Of a DNA stretch of 64,000 nt, positions 1-11,404 are shown in pieces. The notes under the pieces are model-generated. The model worked only from the letters and a program-made list of their open reading frames with translations. It was not told the origin of the DNA and made no database searches. Numbering within the stretch: the stretch's first letter is position 1; each line of letters opens with the position of its first letter. Source of the DNA: Arcobacteraceae bacterium. Lineage in GTDB: Bacteria; Campylobacterota; Campylobacteria; Campylobacterales; Arcobacteraceae. The stretch spans positions 96,001-160,000 of the forward strand of contig JBLWVX010000001.1 in the NCBI GenBank assembly GCA_048268245.1. Reading direction: 5' to 3'. The translations under genes were made by a program, and so were the position numbers.

Positions 1-2
1 AA

Positions 3-146
3 AAAGAAGATTTAGAGCTTTGTATTATCATAAAAGGTATAAAGTTTTATAAATACAATAAAAAGAATACAAATAACTATATGAAGATGCATCAAAACTC
101 TCTGATACATCTTGAAAAACCTTATTTTAAAGATTTAAATTCTTAA
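3..146 (+). CDS. possible 3' end of an unknown CDS entering from the left edge
   Basis: Frame 3 is open from the window edge to TAA at 144-146 (KEDLELCIIIKG...KDLNS*). No recognisable motif; it could be a shadow frame. Confidence 0.25.
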   Translation, partial: KEDLELCIIIKGIKFYKYNKKNTNNYMKMHQNSLIHLEKPYFKDLNS

Positions 147-900
147 TTAAATCTTCATGTATATAACTATTTGAAGCTACTATATATTTATCTTCAAATA
201 ATGTATACTCATCTCCATCTATATTACTTACTTTTCCACCTGCTTCTTGTAATATTATAAGACCAGCACTTACATCCCAAGCTTTTAAATTCATTTCATA
301 GTAACCTTCATAAGTTCCCTTTGCCACATAACATAAATCAATAGCAGCAGAACCTAGTCTTCTGATATCTTGACATTTAGGTAATATATCTTTTATTTTT
401 TTTATAACATCATTTAAATCATCTTCACATGTGCCACTTGTATATGGGAAACCTGTTGATAAAAGAGCTTTTTGAAAGTCATTCTCTTTTGAAACTTTTA
501 ATTTTTCACCATTTAAATATGCCCCATGTCCAACTTGTGCTGTGTAAAGTTCGTCTAAAATTGGATTATAAACAACACCAATAAATGGTTTTTTATCTTT
601 ATAAACACCTAAAGATATACAAGTATGAGGTACTTGATTTACAAAATTTGTTGTTCCATCAATAGGGTCAATTATAATTGAATTGTTAAATTCAATATTG
701 CTATTATCTGATTCTTCTGCAATTATATTAAACTGCTTAAACTCCAAAGAAAGCTTTTCTTTCAAAAAGTTCTCAACTGCTACATCATATTTAGTAACTA
801 AATCTTTTTTACCTTTAAAATTTACATCTTTATTTTTAAAATATCCTTCTTTTAAAATTACTGATGCCTCTTTTACTATTTCTACTATTTTATCAATCAT
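127..900 (-). CDS. suhB: inositol monophosphatase family protein
   Basis: IIDPIDGTTNF and WDVSAG motifs; RRLGSAAIDLCYVA. Confidence 0.9.
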   Translation of the reverse strand: MIDKIVEIVKEASVILKEGYFKNKDVNFKGKKDLVTKYDVAVENFLKEKLSLEFKQFNIIAEESDNSNIEFNNSIIIDPIDGTTNFVNQVPHTCISLGVYKDKKPFIGVVYNPILDELYTAQVGHGAYLNGEKLKVSKENDFQKALLSTGFPYTSGTCEDDLNDVIKKIKDILPKCQDIRRLGSAAIDLCYVAKGTYEGYYEMNLKAWDVSAGLIILQEAGGKVSNIDGDEYTLFEDKYIVASNSYIHEDLIKNLNL

Positions 901-1152
901 TATTACTCTTTTTTAATTTTTTTTATTCTATCTAATCTTCATTAAGTTTCAATTATAGACTTTAACCTAAAAATAATACAATTAAAATTGGCTTCTTTTA
1001 ATTTGATACTATTTTTTCATAATTTTTTTGTATAATAAAAACTATCAAATAAAAAATAAATTATTGTTAACTTACTTTTTTTAGGAGCTAGTAATAGTAA
1101 AGACTTTAAAAGTAACAATAAATAAATTATAATAAAATAATAAGATTAGAAG

Positions 1153-1767
1153 ATGACTAGCATAAGTTTAAATGAAGATGAAAAAGATTGTTTACAAGAA
1201 TTAATGAATATTGCTTATGGCTCTGCAAGTAGTGCTATTGCTGATATTATTGATGCATTTGCTACTTTAGCAATACCAAATATAAATATTATAAATGTAA
1301 ATGAGTTAAAACCTTACTTAAATAAACAACTGAAAAATCAAGAACATTTTGTATCATCACAGCTGATAAATGGAGATTTTCAAGGTGAAAACCTTTTTAT
1401 TATAGATAGACCCTCTGCACTTAATCTTTCAGAAGAGTTTGATTTAATAAATGATGAAAACCTAAGTGATGAGGAGATTTGTGATATTATTTTAGAAATC
1501 ACAAATATATTATCTTCTACAACTATTAGTTCTCTTATAAAAGAGATGGATTCTTATGCTTCGTTTTCACCTCCAAGTATTACATTAATAAATAGTGCTT
1601 CACAACTTGAAGACAATTTAATAAAACAATATCAACAAGTAATCATTATATCCACAGAATTAAACTTCTCTGACCAAAATATCTATGGTAATTTACTAAT
1701 GCTTGCAACAGATGAGTCTATTTTACATATAAAAAGAACAATCAATAAAATATTAGATGAGTACTAG
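1153..1767 (+). CDS. CheC-family phosphatase-like chemotaxis protein
   Basis: Two D-x3-E-x2-N motifs (DCLQELMN, DIILEITN). Confidence 0.8.
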   Translation: MTSISLNEDEKDCLQELMNIAYGSASSAIADIIDAFATLAIPNINIINVNELKPYLNKQLKNQEHFVSSQLINGDFQGENLFIIDRPSALNLSEEFDLINDENLSDEEICDIILEITNILSSTTISSLIKEMDSYASFSPPSITLINSASQLEDNLIKQYQQVIIISTELNFSDQNIYGNLLMLATDESILHIKRTINKILDEY

Positions 1768-1769
1768 TC

Positions 1770-3278
1770 ATGTTTGAAAACCAATTTAACCTAATCTGTG
1801 AAACTATCAATAGTGGCATTTTGATTTTAGATAAAAACTTAAATGTTAAATTTTGGAATAGATGGATGGAAGTTCAAACTAAAATCAAAGAAGAAGATAT
1901 AAAAGACAAAAACCTTTTAGATTTTTATGAAAATATAAACTCTAAAATTCTTTCAAGAAAAATAAAAACAACTCTTAGATTAAATTCATCTACATTTTAC
2001 AATAGTGAACAAATCAGTTACTTATTTGATATAAAACTAAATAAAATTGCAGACTCTGTTTTTTATAATATGCAACAAAGTATTACTATATCACCTTTTG
2101 ATTTAGAAAAAGAGTTAGTAGTAGTTTATGTATACGATACGACTCTGCTTAGAGAAACAAACTACAAACTAAAAAAATCAAAAAAAGAGCTTGAAGAAAA
2201 AAATGATGAATTCAAAAGAATGATAAATGCTTTAACAGAAGGATTAATCATATCAGATGAAGATGGAAACTGTGAAATCATAAATAAATACGGAAAAGAT
2301 CTTTTAAAACTAGATAAAAATACAAATATTAAAGATAAAAAACTTTTAGATTTTGTATGCCATAAAAGTAAAGGTTTAGTTCAAAGAAACTTAGAATCAG
2401 ATGATATTAGAACATATGAAGTTTATATAAAAAGAGATGATGACACTTACTTCCCAGCTATTGTAAGTGGTCAAGTAATTCAGCTTGATAATAAAAAGAA
2501 AAGAATATCCACAATAATAGATATCAGCAACTTAAAAGAAAAAGATAGACTTATCACAAGACAGGCAAAACTAGCTGATATGGGACAAATGATAGCAAAT
2601 ATTGCTCATCAATGGAGACAACCATTAAGTCTGATTTCTACAACGGCAAGTGGTCTTAAACTATATGAAGAACTTGGAAAACTTGATAAAAATACTTTAA
2701 ATGAATCACTTGATCAAATCATTTTGACTACAGCTCATTTATCTCAAACAATTGATGATTTTAAAAACTTTATAAAAGATGACAAGAAAAGAACTGTTTT
2801 TGATTTAAATGATATTATAAAAAAAGACTTAACACTTCTTGAGGGTATTATAAAAACTTCTCATATCAAAATTGTAATAAATAGAAAAAATGAAGATATT
2901 GTTATGAAAGGCTATCCAAATGAACTTACACAAGCTATTGTAAATATTATTACAAATGCAAAAGATGTATTAGAAGAAAGAAATATAGAAAATAGATATA
3001 TCTTTATAGAATTAGAAAAGATAAATAAATATGGATATCTTAAGATTTATGATAATGCAAATGGTGTTGATGATGATATTATAGATAAGATTTTTGAACC
3101 ATACTTTACAACTAAACACAAGTCTCAAGGTACAGGATTAGGCCTTTTTATGACGCATAGAATAATCAAAGATAGTATGGATGGAGAAATAGTAGTAAAC
3201 AATATAAATTATACTCATAAAGGAAAAGAGTTTAAAGGAGCTTGTTTTACAATAGAACTTCCATTACATATACTATAA
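1770..3278 (+). CDS. cytoplasmic double-PAS sensor histidine kinase
   Basis: Two PAS-like segments, H-box IAHQWRQP, N-box NIITNA, DNANG, FEPYFTTK, GTGLGL; no transmembrane segment. Confidence 0.9.
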   Translation: MFENQFNLICETINSGILILDKNLNVKFWNRWMEVQTKIKEEDIKDKNLLDFYENINSKILSRKIKTTLRLNSSTFYNSEQISYLFDIKLNKIADSVFYNMQQSITISPFDLEKELVVVYVYDTTLLRETNYKLKKSKKELEEKNDEFKRMINALTEGLIISDEDGNCEIINKYGKDLLKLDKNTNIKDKKLLDFVCHKSKGLVQRNLESDDIRTYEVYIKRDDDTYFPAIVSGQVIQLDNKKKRISTIIDISNLKEKDRLITRQAKLADMGQMIANIAHQWRQPLSLISTTASGLKLYEELGKLDKNTLNESLDQIILTTAHLSQTIDDFKNFIKDDKKRTVFDLNDIIKKDLTLLEGIIKTSHIKIVINRKNEDIVMKGYPNELTQAIVNIITNAKDVLEERNIENRYIFIELEKINKYGYLKIYDNANGVDDDIIDKIFEPYFTTKHKSQGTGLGLFMTHRIIKDSMDGEIVVNNINYTHKGKEFKGACFTIELPLHIL

Positions 3279-3283
3279 TCATG

Positions 3284-3320
3284 AAAAAAGGGAACAGATC
3301 CCAAAATCTATTCCCTTTTT
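3284..3320. terminator. intrinsic terminator, probably bidirectional
   Basis: AAAAAAGGGAACAGAT-cccaaa-ATCTATTCCCTTTTT. The stem is fully paired (one G-U) in the minus-strand RNA; A/T tracts flank both sides. Confidence 0.75.
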
Positions 3321-3445
3321 AATTTATAAATAAATACACTTATTCATATAATCTACTTGATAGCAAATTTAATATTCGATTAGTGTTTAACAATACTAAA
3401 AATGTAAAACCTTTGTCATTCACACCTCCGTAATACTGTTCGTAT
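3284..3445 (-). ncRNA. candidate small transcript (sRNA or small-peptide mRNA)
   Basis: Minus-strand extended -10 TGtTATAAT (3459-3451), GGAGG (3429-3425), mini-ORF MTKVLHF* (3419-3396), terminator at 3284-3320. Confidence 0.45.
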
Positions 3446-3509
3446 AAATTATTATAACATCATTTTAGATTAAATTAAACTTAAATTACTTTAATATTAA
3501 TAAATCTAA

Positions 3510-4445
3510 TTAAACAAAAGATAAACCAACAAGAGCAATAACGACTAAAAATATACCTATTATACCTATAGTAGAAGGAAGTAAAACCGTCAGAAATAGT
3601 ATCTCAAATAACAACGTGAACAATACTTCACCTGATTGTGTAGAATCAATAAGAGCAATTTTTGAAGAACTATTTGCTTTTGCTCTTGCATATAAAAACA
3701 ATGAAGTTGCCATAATACCAGAAAAAACAGCTACTAGAAATATGGATATATATTGATTATTAGATGGTATACCCACATCAAAAAACATAGATAAAATAAA
3801 CCAAAAAGGTAAACTACCAAAAGATAATAGAAAGACTTTAGAAAAAGTATTTTTTAATATCATTTCTCTTTTCTTAGATAAAGAGTCATTGTTATTTTGA
3901 AGTTCCCAAACTAATTGATTACCAATGGGATATGCAAAACTTGCTATAAGAATCAAGAAAATACTAAAAACTTGTGTTGAAATATTTTCAATATTAATAT
4001 ACGTAAGATTGATTAAGCAAATACCTATAAAAACAAGTCCTACAAAAATCCACGTTGACTTTGATATTTTTTTACCAAAAAAGAATAAGATAAAAAGAGT
4101 AGCGACAATTGTAAATTGCCAAGTAGTAGCCACAACCCAAGCAGGAGAACTGTCAGCAACATAACAAATCAAAGCATAAAATACTCCAAATCCTATTGAA
4201 CCTGCAATACTCCAAAATATATAATGATTAAAAAACTCTTCAAATAAAGACTTTAAATACTCATAGCCTTTAAAAATATAAAATCCAATACATAAAAGCA
4301 ATAACATATAAATATATCTAAGAGTTGCAGACCAAAACCAATGCCCTCCATCTTGGGCTATAAACTTATTAAAGATAAATGTTGAACTAAAAAATAATGA
4401 TGCTAATAAGCCATAAACGATAATCTTAAATGTCATATTATTCAT
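3510..4445 (-). CDS. DMT-superfamily (EmrE-like multidrug efflux family) membrane transporter
   Basis: About 10 hydrophobic helices; GGHWFWSATLRY, PAWVVATTWQFT and TQSGEVLF motifs. Confidence 0.8.
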   Translation of the reverse strand: MNNMTFKIIVYGLLASLFFSSTFIFNKFIAQDGGHWFWSATLRYIYMLLLLCIGFYIFKGYEYLKSLFEEFFNHYIFWSIAGSIGFGVFYALICYVADSSPAWVVATTWQFTIVATLFILFFFGKKISKSTWIFVGLVFIGICLINLTYINIENISTQVFSIFLILIASFAYPIGNQLVWELQNNNDSLSKKREMILKNTFSKVFLLSFGSLPFWFILSMFFDVGIPSNNQYISIFLVAVFSGIMATSLFLYARAKANSSSKIALIDSTQSGEVLFTLLFEILFLTVLLPSTIGIIGIFLVVIALVGLSFV

Positions 4446-4579
4446 TTAAATCCCTTTTTTCTAAAATATATCTTTATATAAATTTTTTCTATAGTAAAAT
4501 ATTGATATCTATTTAATTATTAATATTTTACTATGCCAAGAATTGTTTATATAGTATAATTACAAAAGAAAGCATTAAT

Positions 4580-5221
4580 ATGAAAAATATAGAACAGCAA
4601 TTATCATTTATAAATAATAAATTTAAAAATATTACCTTAGCTAAACACTTTCATGAGGAGTACTCTTTTAGTTTGATATATAAAGGAGAGCACTTATATG
4701 AAAATGAAAAGAATAAATTTAATTTAGGTTTAGGAACACTACAAGTTGTAAACCCTTATGAACTACATGCCACTAAAAATAGTAGCTGGTCATACTTGAA
4801 TGTTATGATTAATAGTGAAATAATAAATAGTATAGCTAAAAACCTAACTCAAGATGATTCTATAGAAAACATTTTATTTAATCCTATAATAAAAGATATA
4901 AATGCAGTAAAAATGTTTAATCTTTTATTCAATTTAATAAGCAGTAAAAACTGTAGTAATATAGATATTGAAACTTATATAATTGAATTTATTGAATACA
5001 TCTTGAAGTATCATACAAATGATAAGCTCCCTTGTATTACAAATATAAGTTGCTCAAAAGAAACAATAAATAAAGCAATAGAATTCATAAATGAATATGA
5101 TAAGAGAATAGAAATCTCATTGTCAGATATAGCTTTAGAAGTAGGTATCACAAAATATCATTTAATTAAAGAATTTAAACGATATTATGGATATACGCCT
5201 TCAAAATTGAATAGTTTATAA
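4580..5221 (+). pseudogene. AraC-family regulator, C-terminally truncated
   Basis: Cupin-type ligand domain (HFHEEYS, PYELHAT) and first HTH (LSDIALEVGITKYHLIKEFKRYYGYTP). The stop follows 6 aa later and the second HTH is absent. Confidence 0.7.
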
Positions 5222-5248
5222 ATTGTGATTATTTTAAATTAAATATTA

Positions 5249-5335
5249 GAGGGTGAGTTTCTCGAAAAAGTCGAGATACTCGAGGGTTGTCTTTCGGACT
5301 TCGTGGCTTCGCTACGCTTCGACCACTTCGTCTGC
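5249..5335. repeat. GC-rich palindromic element (REP/MITE-like)
   Basis: Hairpin GAGT-T-TCTCGA/TCGAGA-T-ACTC (5255-5281) flanked by GAGGGT direct repeats; second stem with four CTTCG copies (5299-5330). Confidence 0.5.
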
Positions 5336-5342
5336 GTAAACT

Positions 5343-5370
5343 AAAAGAGTGAAAATATTCACTCTTTTTT
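5343..5370 (-). terminator. groEL intrinsic terminator
   Basis: AAAAGAGTGAA-aata-TTCACTCTTTT perfect inverted repeat just downstream of the groEL stop. Confidence 0.8.
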
Positions 5371-5379
5371 AACGTTTAC

Positions 5380-7279
<1,900 letters not shown>

Positions 7280-7324
7280 AGTATTTCCTTTTATTAAGTT
7301 TTATTATAATTATTATTTGTACTT

Positions 7325-7351
7325 TTAGCACTCTAATTTTTTAAGTGCTAA
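7325..7351. promoter_or_regulatory. CIRCE element (HrcA operator)
   Basis: TTAGCACTC-N9-AAGTGCTAA, one mismatch from consensus TTAGCACTC-N9-GAGTGCTAA, upstream of groES. Confidence 0.92.
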
Positions 7352-7352
7352 A

Positions 7353-7381
7353 ATTTTATAAAATTTTTGATTAATTGTCAA
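7353..7381 (-). promoter_or_regulatory. sigma70 promoter of groESL
   Basis: Minus strand TTGACA (7381-7376)-N17-TAAAAT (7358-7353), abutting CIRCE. Confidence 0.85.
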
Positions 7382-7385
7382 GTAC

Positions 7386-7406
7386 TTTGAGTTAAAATGA
7401 CTAAGA
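7386..7406. promoter_or_regulatory. HAIR-like element (putative HspR operator)
   Basis: TTTGAGT-N7-ACTAAGA versus consensus CTTGAGT-N7-ACTCAAG, just upstream of the -35 box. Confidence 0.55.
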
Positions 7407-7420
7407 GTTTGAAAAAACTC

Positions 7421-8281
7421 TTATTTATGTCTATTTATATACTTTAATAGTAGCTCTTCAAGTGAGTTTTTTAGGTTATTGTCTAAAGTTTGAAGTGTGT
7501 TCTCACATTTTAATGCCAACTCATCTGCTGCTTTAATAGCACCATCAAGTCCAAGCAAATTTACAAATGAATTCTTAGATTCATCATTTTGTGTAGTTTT
7601 TCCTGCTTCTTCTGAAGATTGAGTCTCATCAATAATATCATCTTGAATTTGGAAAAGTAAACCTAAATCAATTCCAAAGTCATAAAGTTTTTCTTGAGTT
7701 TCTAAATCATATTCACTTATAATAGCACCCATTTTTAAACTAGCTGCTATTAGTTTAGCGGTTTTATGAATATGCAAAAACTCTAATTGTTTAAGTTCTA
7801 ATTTTTGGTTTTCAAATTGGCAATCAATTGCTTGTCCAATAATCATACCATTTATACCACCATCACAACTAAGTGTTTTAATTAACTCTATTTTTATATC
7901 ATTATGAAGTGGTGCATTTGATATTTGTTTAAAAGCTTCTGTATTTAAAGCATCTCCAACTAAAATAGCTGTAACTTCATTATATTTTTTGTGAAGTGTT
8001 TGAAAACCTCTTCTTAAATCAGCATCATCCATAGATGGTAAATCATCATGAACTAATGAATAAGTATGTAGCATTTCAAGTCCAAGAGCTACTGGCATAC
8101 TATTGTCTATTAAAAGTGCTTTGTTTGATTTTACGACAGAAAGTAAAAGCATAGGTCTAAACCTTTTACCACCTGCTTGAAGCATATCCCCTAAAGCTTT
8201 TTCAAAATGGGGATGAAATGTATTTGATGAAGGAAGATTACTTAGTAAGTAATCTTCAAATTTTTCTAAAAGTTCTTTCAT
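7421..8281 (-). CDS. ispA: polyprenyl synthetase (geranyltranstransferase)
   Basis: GGKRFRP, HTYSLVHDDLPSMDDADLRRG, FQIQDD motifs. Confidence 0.92.
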   Translation of the reverse strand: MKELLEKFEDYLLSNLPSSNTFHPHFEKALGDMLQAGGKRFRPMLLLSVVKSNKALLIDNSMPVALGLEMLHTYSLVHDDLPSMDDADLRRGFQTLHKKYNEVTAILVGDALNTEAFKQISNAPLHNDIKIELIKTLSCDGGINGMIIGQAIDCQFENQKLELKQLEFLHIHKTAKLIAASLKMGAIISEYDLETQEKLYDFGIDLGLLFQIQDDIIDETQSSEEAGKTTQNDESKNSFVNLLGLDGAIKAADELALKCENTLQTLDNNLKNSLEELLLKYINRHK

Positions 8282-8283
8282 AT

Positions 8284-8604
8284 CTACTTTTGGCCAAATG
8301 GATTCATACCACCCATCATGTTCATAGCCATCATTTTTTTATTTTCATCTGACTGTTTAATTACATCATTCATTGCTGAAATCAGTAAAATTTGAAGTGA
8401 ATCTTTATCTTCAAGTAGTGAGTCATCAATTTGTAAATCAATTACTTCTGAATTACCATTGATTGAAATCTCAACCATACCACCACCTGCTTTTGCAGTA
8501 AAGATTTTATTTGCATTCTCTTCTTTTGCATTATCAGCCATATCCTGAACTTGTTTCATCATAGAGTTTAAATCTAGATTTTTTAAATCAATTCCATCAA
8601 ACAT
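8284..8604 (-). CDS. ybaB: YbaB/EbfC nucleoid-associated protein
   Basis: [12 protein letters not shown] and [11 protein letters not shown] motifs; typical size. Confidence 0.9.
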   Translation of the reverse strand: MFDGIDLKNLDLNSMMKQVQDMADNAKEENANKIFTAKAGGGMVEISINGNSEVIDLQIDDSLLEDKDSLQILLISAMNDVIKQSDENKKMMAMNMMGGMNPFGQK

Positions 8605-8980
8605 GGTCAGATCCTACAAGTTCATTTGTAATCATATCAATATTATTTTTTTCATCCACGATTACAACTGTTGGCTTATAAGTTTCTAGCTCTGATTCAT
8701 CATATGAAGCATATGCAATAACTATAATTTTATCACCAATCTCTACTTTTCTAGCAGCAGCACCATTTAAACACATATCTTTGCTTCCGGCCTTACCTTT
8801 AATTACGTAAGTTTGAAATCTTTCTCCATTGTTGATATTTACTATATCAACTTTTTGACCAACTCTTAAATGAGAAGCTTGCATAAGCTCTTCATCAATT
8901 GTGATTGATCCAACATAGTTTAAATTAGCATCTGTAACAGTTGCTCTATGAATTTTACTATATAGCATATCAAATGTCAT
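8597..8980 (-). CDS. panD: aspartate 1-decarboxylase
   Basis: [16 protein letters not shown] autocleavage site, CLNGAAAR. Confidence 0.97.
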   Translation of the reverse strand: MTFDMLYSKIHRATVTDANLNYVGSITIDEELMQASHLRVGQKVDIVNINNGERFQTYVIKGKAGSKDMCLNGAAARKVEIGDKIIVIAYASYDESELETYKPTVVIVDEKNNIDMITNELVGSDHV

Positions 8981-8998
8981 ATATTTAATTCCTCTTTT

Positions 8999-9361
8999 TT
9001 AACTTCCTAAATTAACTGGTTTACCCCAGTACTGTTCTGGCATTAAGTACTCTTCAACAGGGCTTCCACCTAGTATATGTTCTTCAACTATTCTATCTAT
9101 TTTTTCCTTAGATAACTGACAGTACATATGATGTCCTGGTTCTACTAACATAACAGGTCCCATTTGACATCTTCCTAAACATGATGTTCTTACAACCTGT
9201 ACAGGTCCCATCAATCCTTTTTGCATCATACTTTGAGCAGTATGATTAAATAAATCTCTTGTATTTTCATTTACACATGATGGCTTTGGCATCCCTGGAG
9301 GTGATGCTTGCTCACATTTAAATATATAAAATGTCGGTTGTGGAATTGATGGCATTGACAT
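8999..9361 (-). CDS. thioredoxin-like [2Fe-2S] ferredoxin
   Basis: Four Cys including CLGRCQMGP. Start moved to ATG at 9361, which follows an AAGG RBS. Confidence 0.85.
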   Translation of the reverse strand: MSMPSIPQPTFYIFKCEQASPPGMPKPSCVNENTRDLFNHTAQSMMQKGLMGPVQVVRTSCLGRCQMGPVMLVEPGHHMYCQLSKEKIDRIVEEHILGGSPVEEYLMPEQYWGKPVNLGS

Positions 9362-9510
9362 TATTTTTCCTTTTTTGTTTCGCATTCTACAATAAATCAG
9401 CGAATTTTAACACTTTTTTTTTAAATTTTACTAAAAATTTAATTTTAATTTTTTTTTAAACCAAACATAATATACTAATTTCCTACAAAATAAAATTATA
9501 AGGGTTAAAT

Positions 9511-10032
9511 ATGAAAAGAATTTTATTTATTCTTTGCTCAATGGTGTTACTTTTAGAAGCAGCTAATCCAATTGCCGTTTTTAAAACAACAAGTGGTTCT
9601 TTTGAAGTTGAATTAAGACCAGACCTAGCTCCAAAAGCTGTTGAAAACTTTGTAACTCATGCAAAAAATGGTTACTACAATGGCTTAATTTTTCATAGAG
9701 TTATAAAAAACTTTATGATTCAAGGTGGAGATCCAACAGGAACAGGAAGAGGTGGAGAATCTATTTGGGGAAAACCTTTTAAAGATGAGTTTTCACCAAA
9801 AGCTTTATTTGATAAACCTGGTATTTTAGCTATGGCAAATGCAGGTAGAAACACAAACGGTAGTCAGTTTTTTGTTACAACTGTTCCGACTTATTGGTTA
9901 AATGGAAGACACACAATCTTTGGTTATGTTACAAAAGGTTTTGACATTGTTAAAAAAATTGAAAATGTTCCAACTCAAAGAGGAAATAAACCTCTAGTTG
10001 ACCAAAAAATAGAATCAATTACTATAAAATAG
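9511..10032 (+). CDS. cyclophilin-type peptidyl-prolyl isomerase (exported)
   Basis: FHRVIKNFMIQGGDP, AMANAG, TNGSQFF; N-terminal signal peptide. Confidence 0.95.
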   Translation: MKRILFILCSMVLLLEAANPIAVFKTTSGSFEVELRPDLAPKAVENFVTHAKNGYYNGLIFHRVIKNFMIQGGDPTGTGRGGESIWGKPFKDEFSPKALFDKPGILAMANAGRNTNGSQFFVTTVPTYWLNGRHTIFGYVTKGFDIVKKIENVPTQRGNKPLVDQKIESITIK

Positions 10033-10051
10033 AAGCTTTAAGCTTCTATTT
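10027..10051. terminator. bidirectional terminator between convergent genes
   Basis: AAATAGAAGCTT-T-AAGCTTCTATTT inverted repeat spanning both stop codons. Confidence 0.65.
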
Positions 10052-11395
10052 AAAAACTCTACTCATAAACTCTTTATCGCCATATGCAACTATTTGTTTT
10101 TCTAAACTCTCAATTCTTGAAATCTCACTTTTCGCTTTTTCTTTCCAGTATTCTAGTTTTTGAACTAAAACATCATCTATTTCAATAGCTTCATATTTTT
10201 GGGTGATATCGTTTAAACTATCTTCTAAATCATCTATTTCTAATTGATGATTTAATTTCATTTGATGTATTTGTTTTTCATATTTTGAAGTTAATTCATC
10301 TACTTTTTCATTTAATTTTTTTACTCTATATTCTAGTTGAGCATTTTCATTTGAAAGTTTTATTATATTTGAGTGTTCACTTGCTTTCTTTTTATAGCTA
10401 GCTAGTTCTGTTTTAAGGTGTTTATTTTGAAGACTATATTTTTCTAAAGAGTAAATATATTTTTCTATATCTCTTTGAGCTTTTTCAAAATCATTTTTTA
10501 TAACTACAAGCTCTTTTTTTAGATTGTTTATAATCATATTTTGTTCAATAGAACCTTCTTTACTTCTAATAAATATTTCACTTTTATCTTTCATTAAAGA
10601 TAGTTGTATATTTCTTTTTTTATTTATTTCATCAGTAATATCTCTTTGAATAGAAATAGCCCCTGTAATTTTGCCTATATCATTTAACACAGGAATAATA
10701 TAACAATCAGTAGTAAAAGTTTTATGTTCTTTTGTAAGATTCTTTAATACACCATGCCATGAGTTATTATTTAAAACTTGACTATACATCTTTGTGTAAA
10801 CTTCAGCACTCATATCAGGATGCTTTATGATCTTAAAATCTTGCCCCAATAATTCAGTCTCACTAAATCCTGTAATCTGACAAAAAAGTTCATTAACATA
10901 AGAAATTTTCATATATTCATCACATTTAACTACGATACTACTTGCATCAATTACTCTTTTGTATTCTTCAAGCTCTTTATTTTGCTTTCTTAATAAACTA
11001 TCTTGATATAACACATTTGCTAATTCATTCATTTCATTTAACAAATATCTTACATCTACAGGTTTTATTATATATTCATATACTTTTAATTTAATAGCTT
11101 TTGCTAGTAAGTCATTGTCAGAGTGTGCTGTAGTGATAAAAACAGGTATTTTTTTAGAATCTTTTCTAATTTTTTTTAACATATCTATACCATTTAGATG
11201 AGGCATATTTATGTCTGTTAGAATTACATCAATTTCATCTTTATTTTCATTGTAGGTATCAAGACCTTCTTGTCCATCTTTAGCTACAAATACTTTATCA
11301 AAGAAATCAGACAATAACTCTTGTAATTCATTTCTTACAACAGCATCATCTTCTACATAAAGTAATCTTAATTTCTTTAAAAGTTTCTTGTTCAT
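10046..11395 (-). CDS. receiver + PAS + long coiled-coil protein
   Basis: REC (YVEDD, TDINMP, IKP), PAS (HPDM...WHGVLKNLTK), heptad-rich C-terminal region; no kinase or GGDEF motifs. Confidence 0.8.
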   Translation of the reverse strand: MNKKLLKKLRLLYVEDDAVVRNELQELLSDFFDKVFVAKDGQEGLDTYNENKDEIDVILTDINMPHLNGIDMLKKIRKDSKKIPVFITTAHSDNDLLAKAIKLKVYEYIIKPVDVRYLLNEMNELANVLYQDSLLRKQNKELEEYKRVIDASSIVVKCDEYMKISYVNELFCQITGFSETELLGQDFKIIKHPDMSAEVYTKMYSQVLNNNSWHGVLKNLTKEHKTFTTDCYIIPVLNDIGKITGAISIQRDITDEINKKRNIQLSLMKDKSEIFIRSKEGSIEQNMIINNLKKELVVIKNDFEKAQRDIEKYIYSLEKYSLQNKHLKTELASYKKKASEHSNIIKLSNENAQLEYRVKKLNEKVDELTSKYEKQIHQMKLNHQLEIDDLEDSLNDITQKYEAIEIDDVLVQKLEYWKEKAKSEISRIESLEKQIVAYGDKEFMSRVFK

Positions 11396-11404
11396 TTATG
11401 TATT

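Noticed and set aside
1061..1120. Loose inverted repeat upstream of the cheC-like gene as a riboswitch
   Set aside because: Almost entirely A/T pairing with overlapping arms; no recognisable aptamer motif.
5292..5330. CTTCG repeats as a CRISPR array or tRNA fragment
   Set aside because: Repeats are 5 bp with 3-5 bp gaps, there are no cas genes, and no cloverleaf, T-loop or CCA is present.
9413..9457. Poly-T runs in the ferredoxin/cyclophilin intergenic region as phase-variation tracts
   Set aside because: T runs are common in this AT-rich background; no long poly-G/C contingency tract was seen in the window.
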